This document shows positions 1 to 11,506 of a DNA stretch of 29,421 nucleotides, piece after piece. The stretch's first letter is position 1; every line of letters begins with the position of its first letter. Below the pieces are notes generated by a model. It made no database searches. It had not been told where the DNA came from and saw nothing but the letters and a program-made list of their open reading frames with translations. A program made the translations under genes and the position numbers. This stretch comes from Saprolegnia diclina VS20 (taxonomy: Eukaryota): positions 234,530 to 263,950 of the forward strand of contig NW_008246097.1 in NCBI RefSeq assembly GCF_000281045.1, in the 5' to 3' direction.

Positions 1-576
1 TATCGCAGGAGGTCGGGCAGAACCTTGCGCGCCTTGTCTTTGCCGCTTGGTGGCTGCGTCCTCCAGTTTCTGGTGCTCACACGAGCATTTCTTGCTGCCT
101 CTTACGATTCTCGCCTTGGCGAGTTCATGACCAAGGTGCGGAATTGGCGCCATATTTCAACCCGTAGACAATCCACCGTCATCCGACCTTGTAAGTTTGG
201 CTGTGTGATTTAGCTCCCGCACAGCTCTCGCGCACCATCATGCAGCACGAATGCCATAGCAAGATTCGCTGCCCGTGTCCGGGTTGTCGCTCCGGCAACA
301 TGGCGGGTGCGGTGTGTAACCCCGTTCCAGCTTGAACCAACCAAGTGTATTCGATTGTAGAGTTTTCAAAGCATGCGATCTGAGAGGTCGGGCCATTCGA
401 ACGCATTATAATGCGTGTTGGCGCTGAAAATCATTTAAATTCGGACGGCCCGGTATAAAACCGGGTGTAGTTCTATCGGGTTTCGAATGGCCGCAATTGA
501 AACGCGGCGCGGGAGATCGCATAAGGCGCCGGAACCAACGAAAAATCCAACCGCAGGTCAGCTCGGTCCACCAAGA

Positions 577-590
577 TCATTTTCACATTC
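577..590 (+). promoter_or_regulatory. Oomycete Inr/FPR-like core promoter element
   Basis: TCATTTTCACATTC lies just upstream of the ATG at 594 and resembles the oomycete YCATTYYNCAWTT initiator consensus. Confidence 0.45.
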
Positions 591-593
591 ACG

Positions 594-1136
594 ATGGCCA
601 AGAAGACCGATTCCAAGACGACGAAGCGCACGGGCGACGACGCTGCCAAGAAGGTGGCCAAGAAGCAGAAGGTCGAATCGTCCGAGTCGGGCTCCGACTC
701 GGAGGAAGAGGCTGAGGAAGAGGCCGAGGAAGAGGTCGCTGCCGAGGAAGAGGAGCAGGTCGAAGAAGAAGAAGCCGAGGAAGCCGACGAGGCCGGCGAC
801 GAGAACATCGAGTGCAAGGACTGCGGCAACACGTTCGTCTTCACGGCCGGCGAGAAGGCCTTCTACCTCGAGAAGGGCTTTGACAACAAGCCGGTCCGCT
901 GCAAGGACTGCAAGAACGCCAAGAAGGAGCGCATGAACGGCGGTGCCGCTGGCGGCCGTGGCGGTCGTGGCGCTGGCCGTGGCTTCGGCGGCCGTGGTGG
1001 CCGTGATGGCGGCCGTGGCCGTGGTGGCCGTGGTGGCCGTGACGGTGCTGGCCGTGGCGGTGGCGGTGTGTGCTACGCCTTCCAGAAGGGCGAGTGCAAC
1101 CGCGGCGCTGGCTGCCGGTTCAGCCACTCGGGTTAA
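594..1136 (+). CDS. Putative RNA-binding protein: Lys-rich and acidic N-terminus, zinc ribbon (zf-trcl-like), RGG box, C-terminal CCCH zinc finger
   Basis: Intronless 180-aa ORF with strong GC3 codon bias. Contains CKDCGNTFVFTAGEKAFYLEKGFDNKPVRCKDC, GGRGGRG repeats and CYAFQKGECNRGAGCRFSH (C-x7-C-x5-C-x3-H). Confidence 0.88.
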   Translation: MAKKTDSKTTKRTGDDAAKKVAKKQKVESSESGSDSEEEAEEEAEEEVAAEEEEQVEEEEAEEADEAGDENIECKDCGNTFVFTAGEKAFYLEKGFDNKPVRCKDCKNAKKERMNGGAAGGRGGRGAGRGFGGRGGRDGGRGRGGRGGRDGAGRGGGGVCYAFQKGECNRGAGCRFSHSG

Positions 1137-1478
1137 AACACCAACCTCGACGACCTGTATATCAGTGCTATTATTATAATACTACTAGGAAATAAGAACA
1201 CCTCATGCATCATCATCTTCTCTTCCACATTGCGCTCTGCTCCAGGATCCATGCGTGTCAACAGACTCGATCGGCGACGCCCAAAGATCGCATTCCAGTC
1301 ACACAATCGCGGTTCATCCTGCATTGGCGGTATACGAGACTCGGGGATTTTGAGCCAATCTTGCTCGATTCCGACAAGAGCCAATCAAAGGAGATCCAAC
1401 GTCTTATCTCGAACGGGAGAGCCAAGCTTATTCTAACACCAATGCGAAGAGTCAATGTCATCCTCGCCATTAGACGCG

Positions 1479-2262
1479 CTACGATTCGCATGGTTGACCG
1501 CAACGTAGTGGCGCAGCGAAGTCGATGCGAATCACAGTGTCGTCGCGGCCATAGAGTGGGTACGGCATCGTCGTGACCGAGAGGAAAGCCCTGGTCGGCC
1601 ACCTTGGCGCTAATCGTGACCTTTTCCGGCTTTCGGCCGCACCAGCACAAACGCGTAGCGCGGTCCACATATCTTGAGGCCTATCGCCACTTGCACCGAC
1701 GTATCTGGATGCATCCAGCGCTCTAGCTTGGCGCGCAAATCGCGCAGGCTTTCGTTCTTGCACGCGACTTCAAGCACGAAAGAAACGGATAGTCAAAGCC
1801 TCGGTTCCGCGTCGCTTCGGTAATATTGTTGGCCAGCGTCATTGGTGTCAAGCCCTCCGTGGGTACGGCCAAGCGGTCGTCGAGCTGTAACAACGAGTTG
1901 TCGCACTTGAGGAGCTCCAAGTTGGCCAGCGGTTGCCCGCCCGCCAAGTCCTGGAGCTGCCGCTCAAGCATCGCCACGATCGTGCGCGTATGCTCGTGCA
2001 GGAAGGTGCGGTCGTTGTACACGACAAGCCGCCCCAGCGTCACGTGGCCAGCCAAGGGCTCGTAGCAGAGACGGGGCAAGTACCCTTCGTTGGAGGTAAA
2101 CCACCACTCATAGTCCTTGGGCGACATGCACGAGCAGACGATAAACGGACCCCACGACACCTCGCCGTCATCGTCCAGAGAGGGCGCGTCCGCGTAGCGC
2201 GACTTGGCCTCACCGTCGAGAAATGCCTCGGCGGCTTCGATACGCGCCTCGCTGTTCGTCAT
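1479..2262 (-). pseudogene. Frameshifted restriction-endonuclease-fold (Uma2/DUF820-like) gene
   Basis: Reads from ATG 2262 (MTNSEARIEAAEAFLDG...GPFIV...LVVYNDRTFLHE...GFDYPF). A frame change near 1780 gives FVLEVACKNESLRDLRAKLERWMHPDTSVQVAIGLKI, followed by a stop and further frame changes (YGRDDTVIRIDF). Family assigned by motif resemblance only. Confidence 0.5.
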
Positions 2263-2548
2263 GGAGCGTTCGGGCAGGGCCTGCACGGTGCAACGTTGCT
2301 CGTGACCTCGTCGCTTGGCATTTGATGTTGGCCTTCGGAAAGTCACGTTGATTGAGAGAGAGGTCGGGACCAGGCTTCTCCATCTGGCCGATCATGACGT
2401 GGCTGGTTGACGAGCGTGAAGAAGTCATCCAATCAGCGACTCCATTTCAACGAATCATCGCACGCGGTTTCCGAGCCAAAGTGCAAGAAAGCTGCAGCAG
2501 CGTCATGCAAACCTCTCGCCTTTGGATGTGAGCGACACTGGTGGGCAT

Positions 2549-2587
2549 GACGCACTCAAGAGACGCACTCAAGAGACGCACTCAAGA
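2549..2587. repeat. Perfect tandem repeat, 13 nt x3 (GACGCACTCAAGA)
   Basis: Read directly from the sequence. Confidence 0.95.
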
Positions 2588-3111
2588 GCTTCAAGAACGA
2601 TTCTATGGTCTCGTACAGTTCCTCGTAAGGCTGGCAACGGGGACGACGCTGTCGTTGTTGCAATAGCCATGTAGAGGTCGCTGAATGCCTAGGCACCCGG
2701 TCGATAATCTGCTCCGTGACCTACCTTGGCGGCAGTCCTAACGTTATAAATGTTTTGCACGGGGCTGGACGGGACGCATGTATCGTGGGTCCACCGACCT
2801 TCCAGCTCGCGAATCGTTGTCGTGGTGCTGTGTGGCAGCTCATTTCACGGGAAATCTTATCGTGGTATTTTGTAGCACCGCGTGACGCACTCGCGTCGAC
2901 GTAGCCTGGAGGCCGTGTGCTCGTCTCGGCCGAACACCACTTGCGCGTGCCCGCCATAGTTGCGTTGGTTTATCCACAGCGCTAACCAATGGCTGTCGAG
3001 ATCGCCATTTTTGACACGCAACAAAATTCGGTCAAAGCCGATTTCAACGGTCCATTTAGGATATATCCCAATTCTACGACTGGACTGGAACCCAATTCAG
3101 TTTGCAAACAA

Positions 3112-5015
3112 ATGGACGCAGTGGACGACCCGATGAGCGCTTCGGCGCCCGAGGTGGCCGCGAACGCAACGACGCAGCCAGCGGCCGACGCATCGGAGCC
3201 GACGGAGGCCGCGCAGACGGAGGCGCCGCTCCCGTTTCCGCAGGAGCATCTCACGACGTGCTTGGAGGTACGGCCATGGGCGTGCCACGACGATGCATCA
3301 TGATCCTCATTCGGCTTGTGTAGGTCTTGTCGGTCTTGGCCAAGGACCTCGAGGTCATTGAGCAGCCGGCGATGCGCAACTTCCGCAAGACCATCGCGCC
3401 TGTCTCGGACTACATGGAGAGCCGCAAGTTCAAGGGCAAGGGGCGCAAGAAGTACCTCGAGGACAAGGAGCTGCGTCGCGAGAAGGAGGCGCGCCAGGTG
3501 AAGCGCAAGATGAACGACAACAAGTACATCAACAGCGCGACGCTTCGCCGTGCGCGTGTCGAGAAGCTCCAGAGTCTCCTCGAGCAAGGCAAGGACGAAG
3601 CCATGCTGCCGATGATCGCCGACGGCGCGGTCGAGGAGGCCCCCGCGCTGCTCGAGAACGGACCCAAGGCGCCGATCGCAGAGCTCGAGAAGCAGCGCTC
3701 GTGCTACACGTGCAAGGTCCGCTACGAACAACTGCATCACTTTTACGACCAGCTCTGCCCCAGTACGACCGCGTTGCTTGCATTTATACCCACAAAAATG
3801 GCTAGAGTGCGCGGAGCTCAACTATACCAAGCGCATGCAGTCGGCCGACCTGCGTGGTCGCGTCGCGCTCGTCACGGGTGCGCGCGTCAAGATCGGGTTC
3901 CAAGCCGCGCTCAAGCTGCTGCTCTCGGGCGCGACGGTCATTGCGACGAGCCGCTTCCCGCACGACACGGCCGAGCGGTACGCGGCGCACCCCGAGTTTG
4001 CGACGTTCCAGGACCGGCTGCATGTCTACGGCATTGACTTTCGGGATATGGTGCACCTCGAGCAGTTTCTCGACTATGTCAACACCAAGTACGCTCGCCT
4101 CGACATGGTCGTCCACAACGCGTGTCAGACGATCCGCCGCCCGCCGTCGTACTACAGCCACATGATGCCCAAGGAGACGACGCCGGTCGCGTCCCTCCCG
4201 CCGAGCGTGCAGCCGATCTTGAAGCAGCAAAGCGACTTCCACGCCGAGCTTCTTCGGACTGCAGCGCCCGGCTCGCTCCTCACGGCCGACGGTGGCGGTG
4301 CCGTCCCGCCCGTGCTCGCCAACCTGAGCGCGGTCAAGACGCAGATCCCAATGCTCCTTGAAGACGGCGCCAACAGCAGCGAGCACTTTCCCGTGGGCAT
4401 GAAGGACGTGAACGGCCAGCAACTCGACTTGCGCACGACCAACTCGTGGGTGCTCAAGATGGGCCAAGTCTCGACGCCCGAAGTCGCCGAGGTGTTTGCG
4501 ATCAACACGCTCGCGCCGTTCATTATGAACAGCCGCCTCCGCGCGCTCATGGAAGCCACGCCCGCGACAGACAAGTTTATCATCAACGTCTCGGCGATGG
4601 AGGGCAAGTTTTACCGCTACAAGACGCCCAACCACCCGCACACCAACATGGCGAAAGCGGCGCTCAACATGATGACGCGCACGTGCGCCGAAGAGCTCAG
4701 CAAGCACGGCATCTACATGAACTCGGTCGACACGGGGTACCTCTCTCGTATGCCTACTGTACTTGGACTTACGGTGAACTAGCTGGATCAACGACGAGAA
4801 CCCGCTAGAGAAGGCGCACAAGTACGCGCAGACAGCCAACTTTCAAACGCCGATCGACGAAGTGGATGCAGGTATCGATCAAGTCTGCCAAAGAATGGCA
4901 ATATCTTATACATCTGATAGCGGCGCGCGTGCTGGACCCGATCTTCATTGGCGTCAACGAGCACAAGTACCCGTTTGGGCTCTTCTTCAAGGACTACGCC
5001 GAGACCGAGTGGTAA
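3112..5015 (+). CDS. Atypical short-chain dehydrogenase/reductase with N-terminal CxxC...CxxC module (5 exons)
   Basis: Inferred GT-AG introns at 3268-3323, 3763-3805, 4737-4782 and 4872-4920 give a continuous frame. Motifs: CYTCK...HHFYDQLCPKC, VALVTGARVKIG, HNACQT, NVSAMEG, HPHTNMAKAALNM, VDTGWINDENP, LFFKDYAETEW*. Inr-like TCAGTTTGCAAA at 3097-3108. Confidence 0.88.
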
Positions 5016-5103
5016 TAACTGCGGCGCTTTTGCGTTGCCTTTGTCTCAACATCGACTTTGTACGGTCTATTTCGTTGCCGAGTCGGTCTCTATCACATAT
5101 ATC

Positions 5104-7930
5104 TTATTGCAGCACAAGGTCGATCACGTCCTTGCGCTTGAGCGCGCGTGGCACGCCCTTGTCGGCGATGCGGTCCCGCAAGACGGCGGTCATCATCGCG
5201 CGCTTCTCGGTTTGCATCGCAAAGATCTTTTCTTCGATCGTGTCCTACACCCGTGCAATAGTCTCACAGTGATACTGTACCATGTCTACCTTCATGATGT
5301 AGCGCGTCACGATGACGCGGTGCGTTTGACCAATGCGGTGCGCGCGGTCAATGGCTTGGCTCTCGAGGCTCGGGTTCCAGCACGGCTCCATGACAAAGAC
5401 GCGGCGCGTCGCAGTGAGGTTGAGTCCCAGCGCACCGCTCTTGAGCGAGAGGAAGAGCACGTTGAGGCGCCCGCCTTGGTACGCGTCGACGACCTGCGCG
5501 CGCTCCTAGTCTTGCCCATCAGACTCGGAACTCTGTTGCCAAGGGCTACCCGGGGCGCCATGCGACCGTCGAGCTGCCCGACCGAGATCTCGGGGTTGAT
5601 TGCATGCAGCTGCTCGCGGAGCAGGTCCAAGAACGACCGCCACTCGGAGATGACGAGGCACGGCTCGTTCGAGGCCGTCGCCGCACGCAGCGCGTCAAAG
5701 AGGGTTTGCATTTTGGTCGAGAGCGGGACGCGCGGCATGTGGCGACGTGAGCCGTCTTCGTTGATGAGCGGCATCGTGAGGAGCGACGGCGAGTCGCACA
5801 CCTGGCGCAGTCGCAAGAGCAATTCAAAGACGTGGAGGCCCGTGGACTTTGTGCGGCCGAGCGTTTCTTGGACCTCGCGCCGCGTAATGTGGTGCACTTG
5901 GCGGTACCAGAGCCGCTCGGCGTCGGTCGCAAACGTCAAGACGACGCGCTCGTCAAGTTTTTCCGGTAAATTCGCAGTCGCTGCCGACTTGAGCCGGCGA
6001 AGAAGGTAGAGATCGACGAGCGACGCCAAGTGGGTGTCGTCGCCAATGCGCGGGATGCCAATGAACTTGAAGAGCGGGTGGAGGTCCTCGCATCGGTTCT
6101 GGATCGGCGTGCCGGTGACGCACCACCGCGCCCGCGCGTGCAGCTGAAACGACGCTTGCGTGCTGGAATTCATACATTGAGATTCAGATTCGCGATGGAG
6201 AAACCTACCGGGCAGCAGTCATGTTGGCTATCAAGTGGGCTTCGTCGAGGATGACGCGGTCCCACTGCACGCGGTGGAGCTTGGAGAGCAACACTTTTTC
6301 TTCGCGGAGCCGCTTGGTGGCGATCCATGACGTGTCCTTGCGCGGCGCAGTGCGGTGCACCTACCCCAGGTAGAGTCCACGATCTGCTCTTTCCTCTTGA
6401 TAACTTGATACTACCATGGAGACGGGTATCGCGACTTCAGGCAAGCGGAGCACATCGTACGTCGAGAGTACAATATCATATGCGTGAAAGTCCGGGTCGC
6501 GCCGGAACCGCTTCCGGTCTGTTCCGTGGTAGACGCCGACGGACAGCGATGTTTTGTGCTTGATCTCGCGCTCCCATTGGTGCAGGAGCGACAGCGGCGC
6601 GATGATGAGCGTCGGCCGCGACTTCTCCGCCGCGTTGGCGTCGCGCGACCGCTCGATGAGCGCCAGGCAGCTCACCGTCTTGCCGAGGCCCATTTCGTCG
6701 GCAAGGATCCCGCCCTTGACCTCGTCGAGAATGCCCGGGTGCTCGCGCTCCCACATCCAATCGACGGCGCGCTCTTGGTACGGCTCGAGCACATGGGCCG
6801 GCTTCTTGGTCGCCGACTGCAGCACGAGCCCTAAATCGCGATACGGTTGTGATATTATGGGACAGTAGGGACGACCTCGCGTCGTCTGTACGTGCTTGGC
6901 GATCGGCGATGTCATGGAAATGTCGCCCGACGCGTCGTCGCCGTCAAAGCTCGAGAGCTCGCTGTAGACCGACTGCCGCCGGAGAAGCGCTTTCGTCTTC
7001 TTGCTTGGTACGCTCTGCGCCTGCTTGAGTCGGCTGCGGCCTCGTAATAGCTTGTGGGTCTGCGGCGTCGCTGCACTGTGGGGAAATGCATCGCGCTCGT
7101 CGTCGTCCGGGTCGGGCAGCGACGGCATCATGCCCAGTTGGCTGAGCAAGATGGACATGTCGGGCGCGTTCTCAAGCATCTCGTCATGCGACGCGCCAGG
7201 AGCGTCGTCGTCATCATCGCGATTGTTGCTGTTGTTGCCGAATGAGTAGTCCATCGACTCGTCCAGAGCTGCCTCGTCTGCCTGTTGTTCGCTAGGTGGC
7301 ATGTGAAGTCGTAGATGACGCAGAGGAGGCCGTCCCGATGGATGCGCTGGCGATGTATGCACGAGCGTGCGCGAGAGGTGCTCTAGCGTTGGCGTTGGCG
7401 TGTCTTCGTCCACCTCGTCGTCGTCGGGCAGTCGGAACGGGATCACGCTCGTGTCCGCACTGGTCGCTAGAATGGGCTTTGTCGCCGTCGTGCTCGAGCG
7501 GTCTCCTGTGATGGGCGAGAGCGACGCCATGCGCCGGCAGAGCGTCATGGACACGTCGTCGAGGCTCGCTTGCAGCTCTTTCGAGTCGAACTCGGGGAAG
7601 AAGCTGCTCTTGCTGCCGCTGCTGGGCCGCAATCGCTTCTTCCTCGGACCTAAGCAGCGTGAGCTCATGGCGCACTGAGTATCGCGTACCTGGCGTGCTG
7701 TACTCGAACGAGACGTTGGCCGGCGTATGGTACGCATACGAGCCATCGTCGTCGTCGAGCAGCGACGGTGGGTCCTCCTGCAGCACCGCAAAGAGCCGCT
7801 CCATGTTCGCAATGTCCTCTGCGCTGGCCTCGTAGGCGCGGACCTCTGCCGCGCCGAAGCGGCCGTTGACGACGCCCTCGACGTACCCGCGCCAGTGCTG
7901 CTCGTACGCGGCCTCCCAGCAGCAGCCCAT
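5104..7930 (-). CDS. SNF2-family ATPase/translocase (RAD5/RAD16/TTF2-like), multi-exon, no RING finger seen
   Basis: Motifs GGILADEMGLGKT, LIIAPLSLLHQWEREI, VILDEAH, WCVTGTPIQN, LLRLRQVC, SLKSGALGLNLT and WNPSLESQAIDRAHRIGQ. Several short introns (e.g. 7650-7689). Stop TAA at 5104-5106. Start codon uncertain. Confidence 0.9.
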
Positions 7931-8017
7931 GCTCTTGTTGATGATGACCTCTTCCGCGTCTATCCGGAGAATGATCCGGATAAACCACTTGAATTTCCCG
8001 CCGGATACAGGGTTGCA

Positions 8018-8049
8018 GTCAAGATGGCGTCAAGATGGCGTCAAGATGG
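8018..8049. repeat. Tandem repeat, 11 nt x~3 (GTCAAGATGGC), followed by a G-rich tract
   Basis: Read directly; lies upstream of the SNF2 gene. Confidence 0.9.
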
Positions 8050-8573
8050 GGGGTTGAGGGTCTCTCTTGAAGGAATGGGAAGGAGGGGGGGCGGAGGGGG
8101 GTCTGTAAACGGTGGTACCTTGCGCCAGGTACGTACTGTAGTGGTACCCTCGCCAGTCAGTTGTCGCCCGCTTCAAGCTGCCAATATCCAGTCTTTAAGA
8201 CAGTGTATTGCGAGCGATCGTGCGTTTGCCCGTGATCGTAACCAGCTGCACCGAGTTGCTGCTGCGTTGCGATTCCGAGGCTCGATACAGTGTACATCAA
8301 CACCATTTTGAGTCGTAGTTGAGCGACTCACTCGATAGAGCTCCTTGCCTTTTCGAGTCGTCGGTCGCCTTCGCTTCTGTTCGATCGCGACATGCGTCGG
8401 TCGTGCGGGTCGTTGGACGTTCGACAGCAAGGTGGAGTATCCTACTGATACCGGTACCGGTACCGCTCGTAGTTGATCGGTGGCGCGAGCGAGGGGAGGG
8501 TCTTGGTTGCAGCAGCTCGCTCTAGACTGCAGTATTCCTCTACTAAATCGTCTGACATGTATTGTATGGTCCA

Positions 8574-9248
8574 TTAAAACCAGGCTGGCCGCTGCATCGC
8601 TGGCTGCACATATCGACTAAACGTCTCGGGCGGCGTCGCTGGGAGCTGGTACTCGGTTGGCCGCAGAAGCGACCGGCACGGTGGCAAGCGCGGCTGGACG
8701 GTAGAGCTGTGAAACGGAGGAGGAGGACCGGCGTGGCGCTTGGCTGGCGGCGGCGAATAGCGCATCCACGGCGTCGCCTCTCGCTTGATGGCCTCGTGGC
8801 GGCTGCTCAAAAGCACGTGGACGGACGGCAGCACCCCTGCGTTCTCCGTGGGTGATATGGGCTCGTCGTCGCGTTTGCGGTGGCGCCAGCAGAGCCCGCC
8901 GCCCCGCGCGTACGTCGTGCAGTGCTCGACCTTGCAGAGGCGACCGCCGCCGTGCCGGACGCACTTGGAGCGCATGTGTGCTTGCTTCTCGCAGCCTTCC
9001 TCGGTGCAGCGCGGTTTGTCCACCTTGGGGCCGTGGAGCGTGCAGAAGCGGCCTTGGCGCACGTGTACGCCGCAGTTGGGCGCCTCGCACTTGCGCTTGC
9101 CTCCATGGCGGACGCAGAGGCTGCGCGCGTAGACTTGGTTGCGGCAGTCGTCGACCTGGCAGCGCGACCGGTGGCGGTGGAAGACGCACTTCCACGAGCC
9201 CGGCACGACCGCTTGGTTGCACTCGTTAAAGAAGCACGTGGTCTCCAT
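8574..9248 (-). CDS. Cys/His repeat protein (C-x4-C...C-x2-HGG units, 'WRKY19-like' type common in oomycetes) with Pro-rich tail
   Basis: Repeated units CQVDDCRNQVYARSLCVRHGG, CTEEGCEKQAHMRSKCVRHGGG and CKVEHCTTYARGGGLCWRH. ATG at 9248 (METTCFFNEC). Confidence 0.85.
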   Translation of the reverse strand: METTCFFNECNQAVVPGSWKCVFHRHRSRCQVDDCRNQVYARSLCVRHGGKRKCEAPNCGVHVRQGRFCTLHGPKVDKPRCTEEGCEKQAHMRSKCVRHGGGRLCKVEHCTTYARGGGLCWRHRKRDDEPISPTENAGVLPSVHVLLSSRHEAIKREATPWMRYSPPPAKRHAGPPPPFHSSTVQPRLPPCRSLLRPTEYQLPATPPETFSRYVQPAMQRPAWF

Positions 9249-10144
9249 GACGGCGCAAATCACCAACTGGCGATGGATTACACTGTATCGGGACGTTCGT
9301 CCGTTGTGGCTCAGTCCACTGTATCTCTGGCCTCAAGAAAACCCCGCTGAATTGCGATCTGGGTGAGAGCTATACTACTACTATACATGATGGCTGCGTA
9401 ATGAGCACACCGCTCCTCGCTTGGCCGCCTGCTGTCGCTTGGCGCACAAATGCGAGTGCGTGGCGGTGTCGAGTCGAGCTTGCCAAGCGCTCGGTGGTTG
9501 CTCTCGACTTGCCAGCTGGAGGCGCTTGGTCACCGCGTCCCTTACGAGCCGCGCAACGTGCCGCGACAAGCCGCATTGGCCTTGATGGCGGACCGACCGA
9601 CTCGGCACTAGTACATACAGCGTCCTCCTCGCGCAACACAGCGCATCGATATCGTGTAGCGGCGTCCATACAGTAGCTTTTTATGGACCCGAAACACCGC
9701 GGTGTGGATCGACGCCGCAACTTGTGGATTCTCATGCGTGCGAAAAAGCTGGCGCAGAAATCTTGCGCAGGTACGTGGCTGCAGCGTGGGATATTTGTAC
9801 GTTGGAGTATACAGGCGGAACGCCAGCACAAACGTCTCTTGTGGACGCGAGCTTGCCTTGCACGACAGCAATCATCGCAGCCAGTTTGTAGCTTTGTCGT
9901 AGTATCGCGTGGATAGCGATGGAGCAAACATGGAGCTGGCGAACACTATCCGCACTGGATCGGTCGGTGGATACATGTCGTGGATAGATCTCGAGCTTCA
10001 CTTCACGGCTGTCGGACGACCTGTGCGGGCAGGCACTGAGTTGTCCGACAGCTGTGAAAATCACCACATAATCACAAATTGCACAGCGTGTGAATCTAAA
10101 AGCCACGTGTGGTTTTCACGCACCGCTCATATCTCGTTTGCAGG

Positions 10145-11423
10145 ATGCTGGCCCGACGCTGCGTCCTCGCCGCCGTCCTCGCGGTGGCCATCATGGCCGT
10201 CGCTGCGCACTCGCATGGCGAGCGGTACGACCTCTCGCTATATGCGGCCACTCATGCGGCGTAGCGGCCACCACCACCATCAGCACGACGACGACCATGG
10301 CCACTCGCACGACCATCGCGATCTTCTGCGACCTGAGGCGATACCGGTGCCGCCCTCTGGATGCCCTCATCACCATGGCAAGCATGCGCACCATGATGAG
10401 CATGGCCATGACCACAGCCACCATCATGGCCACGACCACAACCACGAGCATGGCCATGACCACAGTCACGGTCATGACCACAGTCACGGTCATGACCACA
10501 GTCACGTTCACGAGCATCCCGAGAAGCAGGCGCTTGCGGCCACGTCATTGTCCGAGTGGATGCAACTGTCGTTGTGGACCGAGGCGCTTTTCGCGACCGC
10601 GCTCGTAGGCGCGGCGCCCGTCATCGTTCTCTTCTTCGTGCCACTTGGCCGCTCGACCGACATCGCGGCGCAGAAGCCGCTCCTCCGCGTCTTTCTGAGT
10701 TTTGCCGCGGGCGGTCTGCTCGGCGATGCGCTCTTGCACTTGCTGCCGCACTCGCTGCCAAGCCACAGTGACCATGACCACGACCACAACCACAGCAGCG
10801 ACGGCGGGCATGCCCACTCGGTGGCCGACCTCGCGCCGTACCTCTATGTGCTTGGCGGCCTCCTGTCGTTTCTTATGCTCGAAAAGCTCGTGCGCGCCCA
10901 CACGGGCCATGGACATTTGCACGGCCACAGCCACGACAATGCGGCGCACAAGAAGAACGACGACGCCCCGGACGCGACGACCACGATCGCCGCGGCCGGG
11001 TACCTCAACCTCGCGGCCGACTTTTCCCACAACTTCACCGACGGCCTCGCGATCGGCGCTACGTTTGTGCACGGGCGCGCCAGCGGGTGGCAGACGACCG
11101 CGGCCATGCTGCTGCACGAAGTGCCCCACGAGATTGGCGATTTTGCCATTTTGCTGCAATCCGGCTTTACGCGCCGCCAAGCCATGTGGACGCAGCTGTA
11201 CACGGCGGTTGGCGCGATGGTTGGCACTCTGGTTGGCTTGCTCCTCGAGTCGGAAGCCGGCGCGTGGGTGACGCCGTTCACGGCCGGCGGCTTCGTCTAC
11301 ATTGCGTGTACGAGCGTCTTTCCCGAGCTGCTCGAAGACACGTCGTTGACGTCATCGCTCTTGCAGCTTGCCGCCATGGTGCTCGGCATTGCGCTCATGC
11401 TGCTGATTGCGCTCTTTGAGTAG
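10145..11423 (+). CDS. ZIP (SLC39A7/KE4/Catsup-like) zinc transporter with signal peptide and His-rich N-terminus
   Basis: Exon 1 (10145-10224) encodes MLARRCVLAAVLAVAIMAVAAHSHG; intron 10225-10264. Motifs SFAAGGLLGDALLHLLPH, GYLNLAADFSHNFTDGLAIG, HEVPHEIGDFAILLQSG and PFTAGGFVYIA. Confidence 0.93.
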
Positions 11424-11506
11424 TAGTTGTGTGCATAATGTACATTCAACACTAAGACGACGAGATCCTTCTCATCGGAGCAGAACACGAGCGTCGCTGG
11501 TCACCC

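Noticed and set aside
1..128. Possible start of a minus-strand gene (ATG 128, ~36-nt intron, ...GKDKARKVLPDLLR) running off the left edge
   Set aside because: Too short, with no recognisable motif; it cannot be supported from this window.
1133..1478. Short ORFs downstream of the zinc-finger gene
   Set aside because: No codon bias or recognisable domain; probably UTR or intergenic.
3802..6009. Long antisense ORFs (3802-4839 minus, 4948-6009 plus) and similar ones opposite other genes
   Set aside because: Shadow ORFs caused by high GC3 on the true coding strand.
7961..8101. 8-bp hairpin TATCCGGA-N6-TCCGGATA and a G-rich tract upstream of SNF2
   Set aside because: Short enough to arise by chance; no independent evidence of function.
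9909..10144. N-terminal extension of the 504-aa ZIP ORF
   Set aside because: A better model uses ATG 10145 with a signal peptide and a 40-nt intron.
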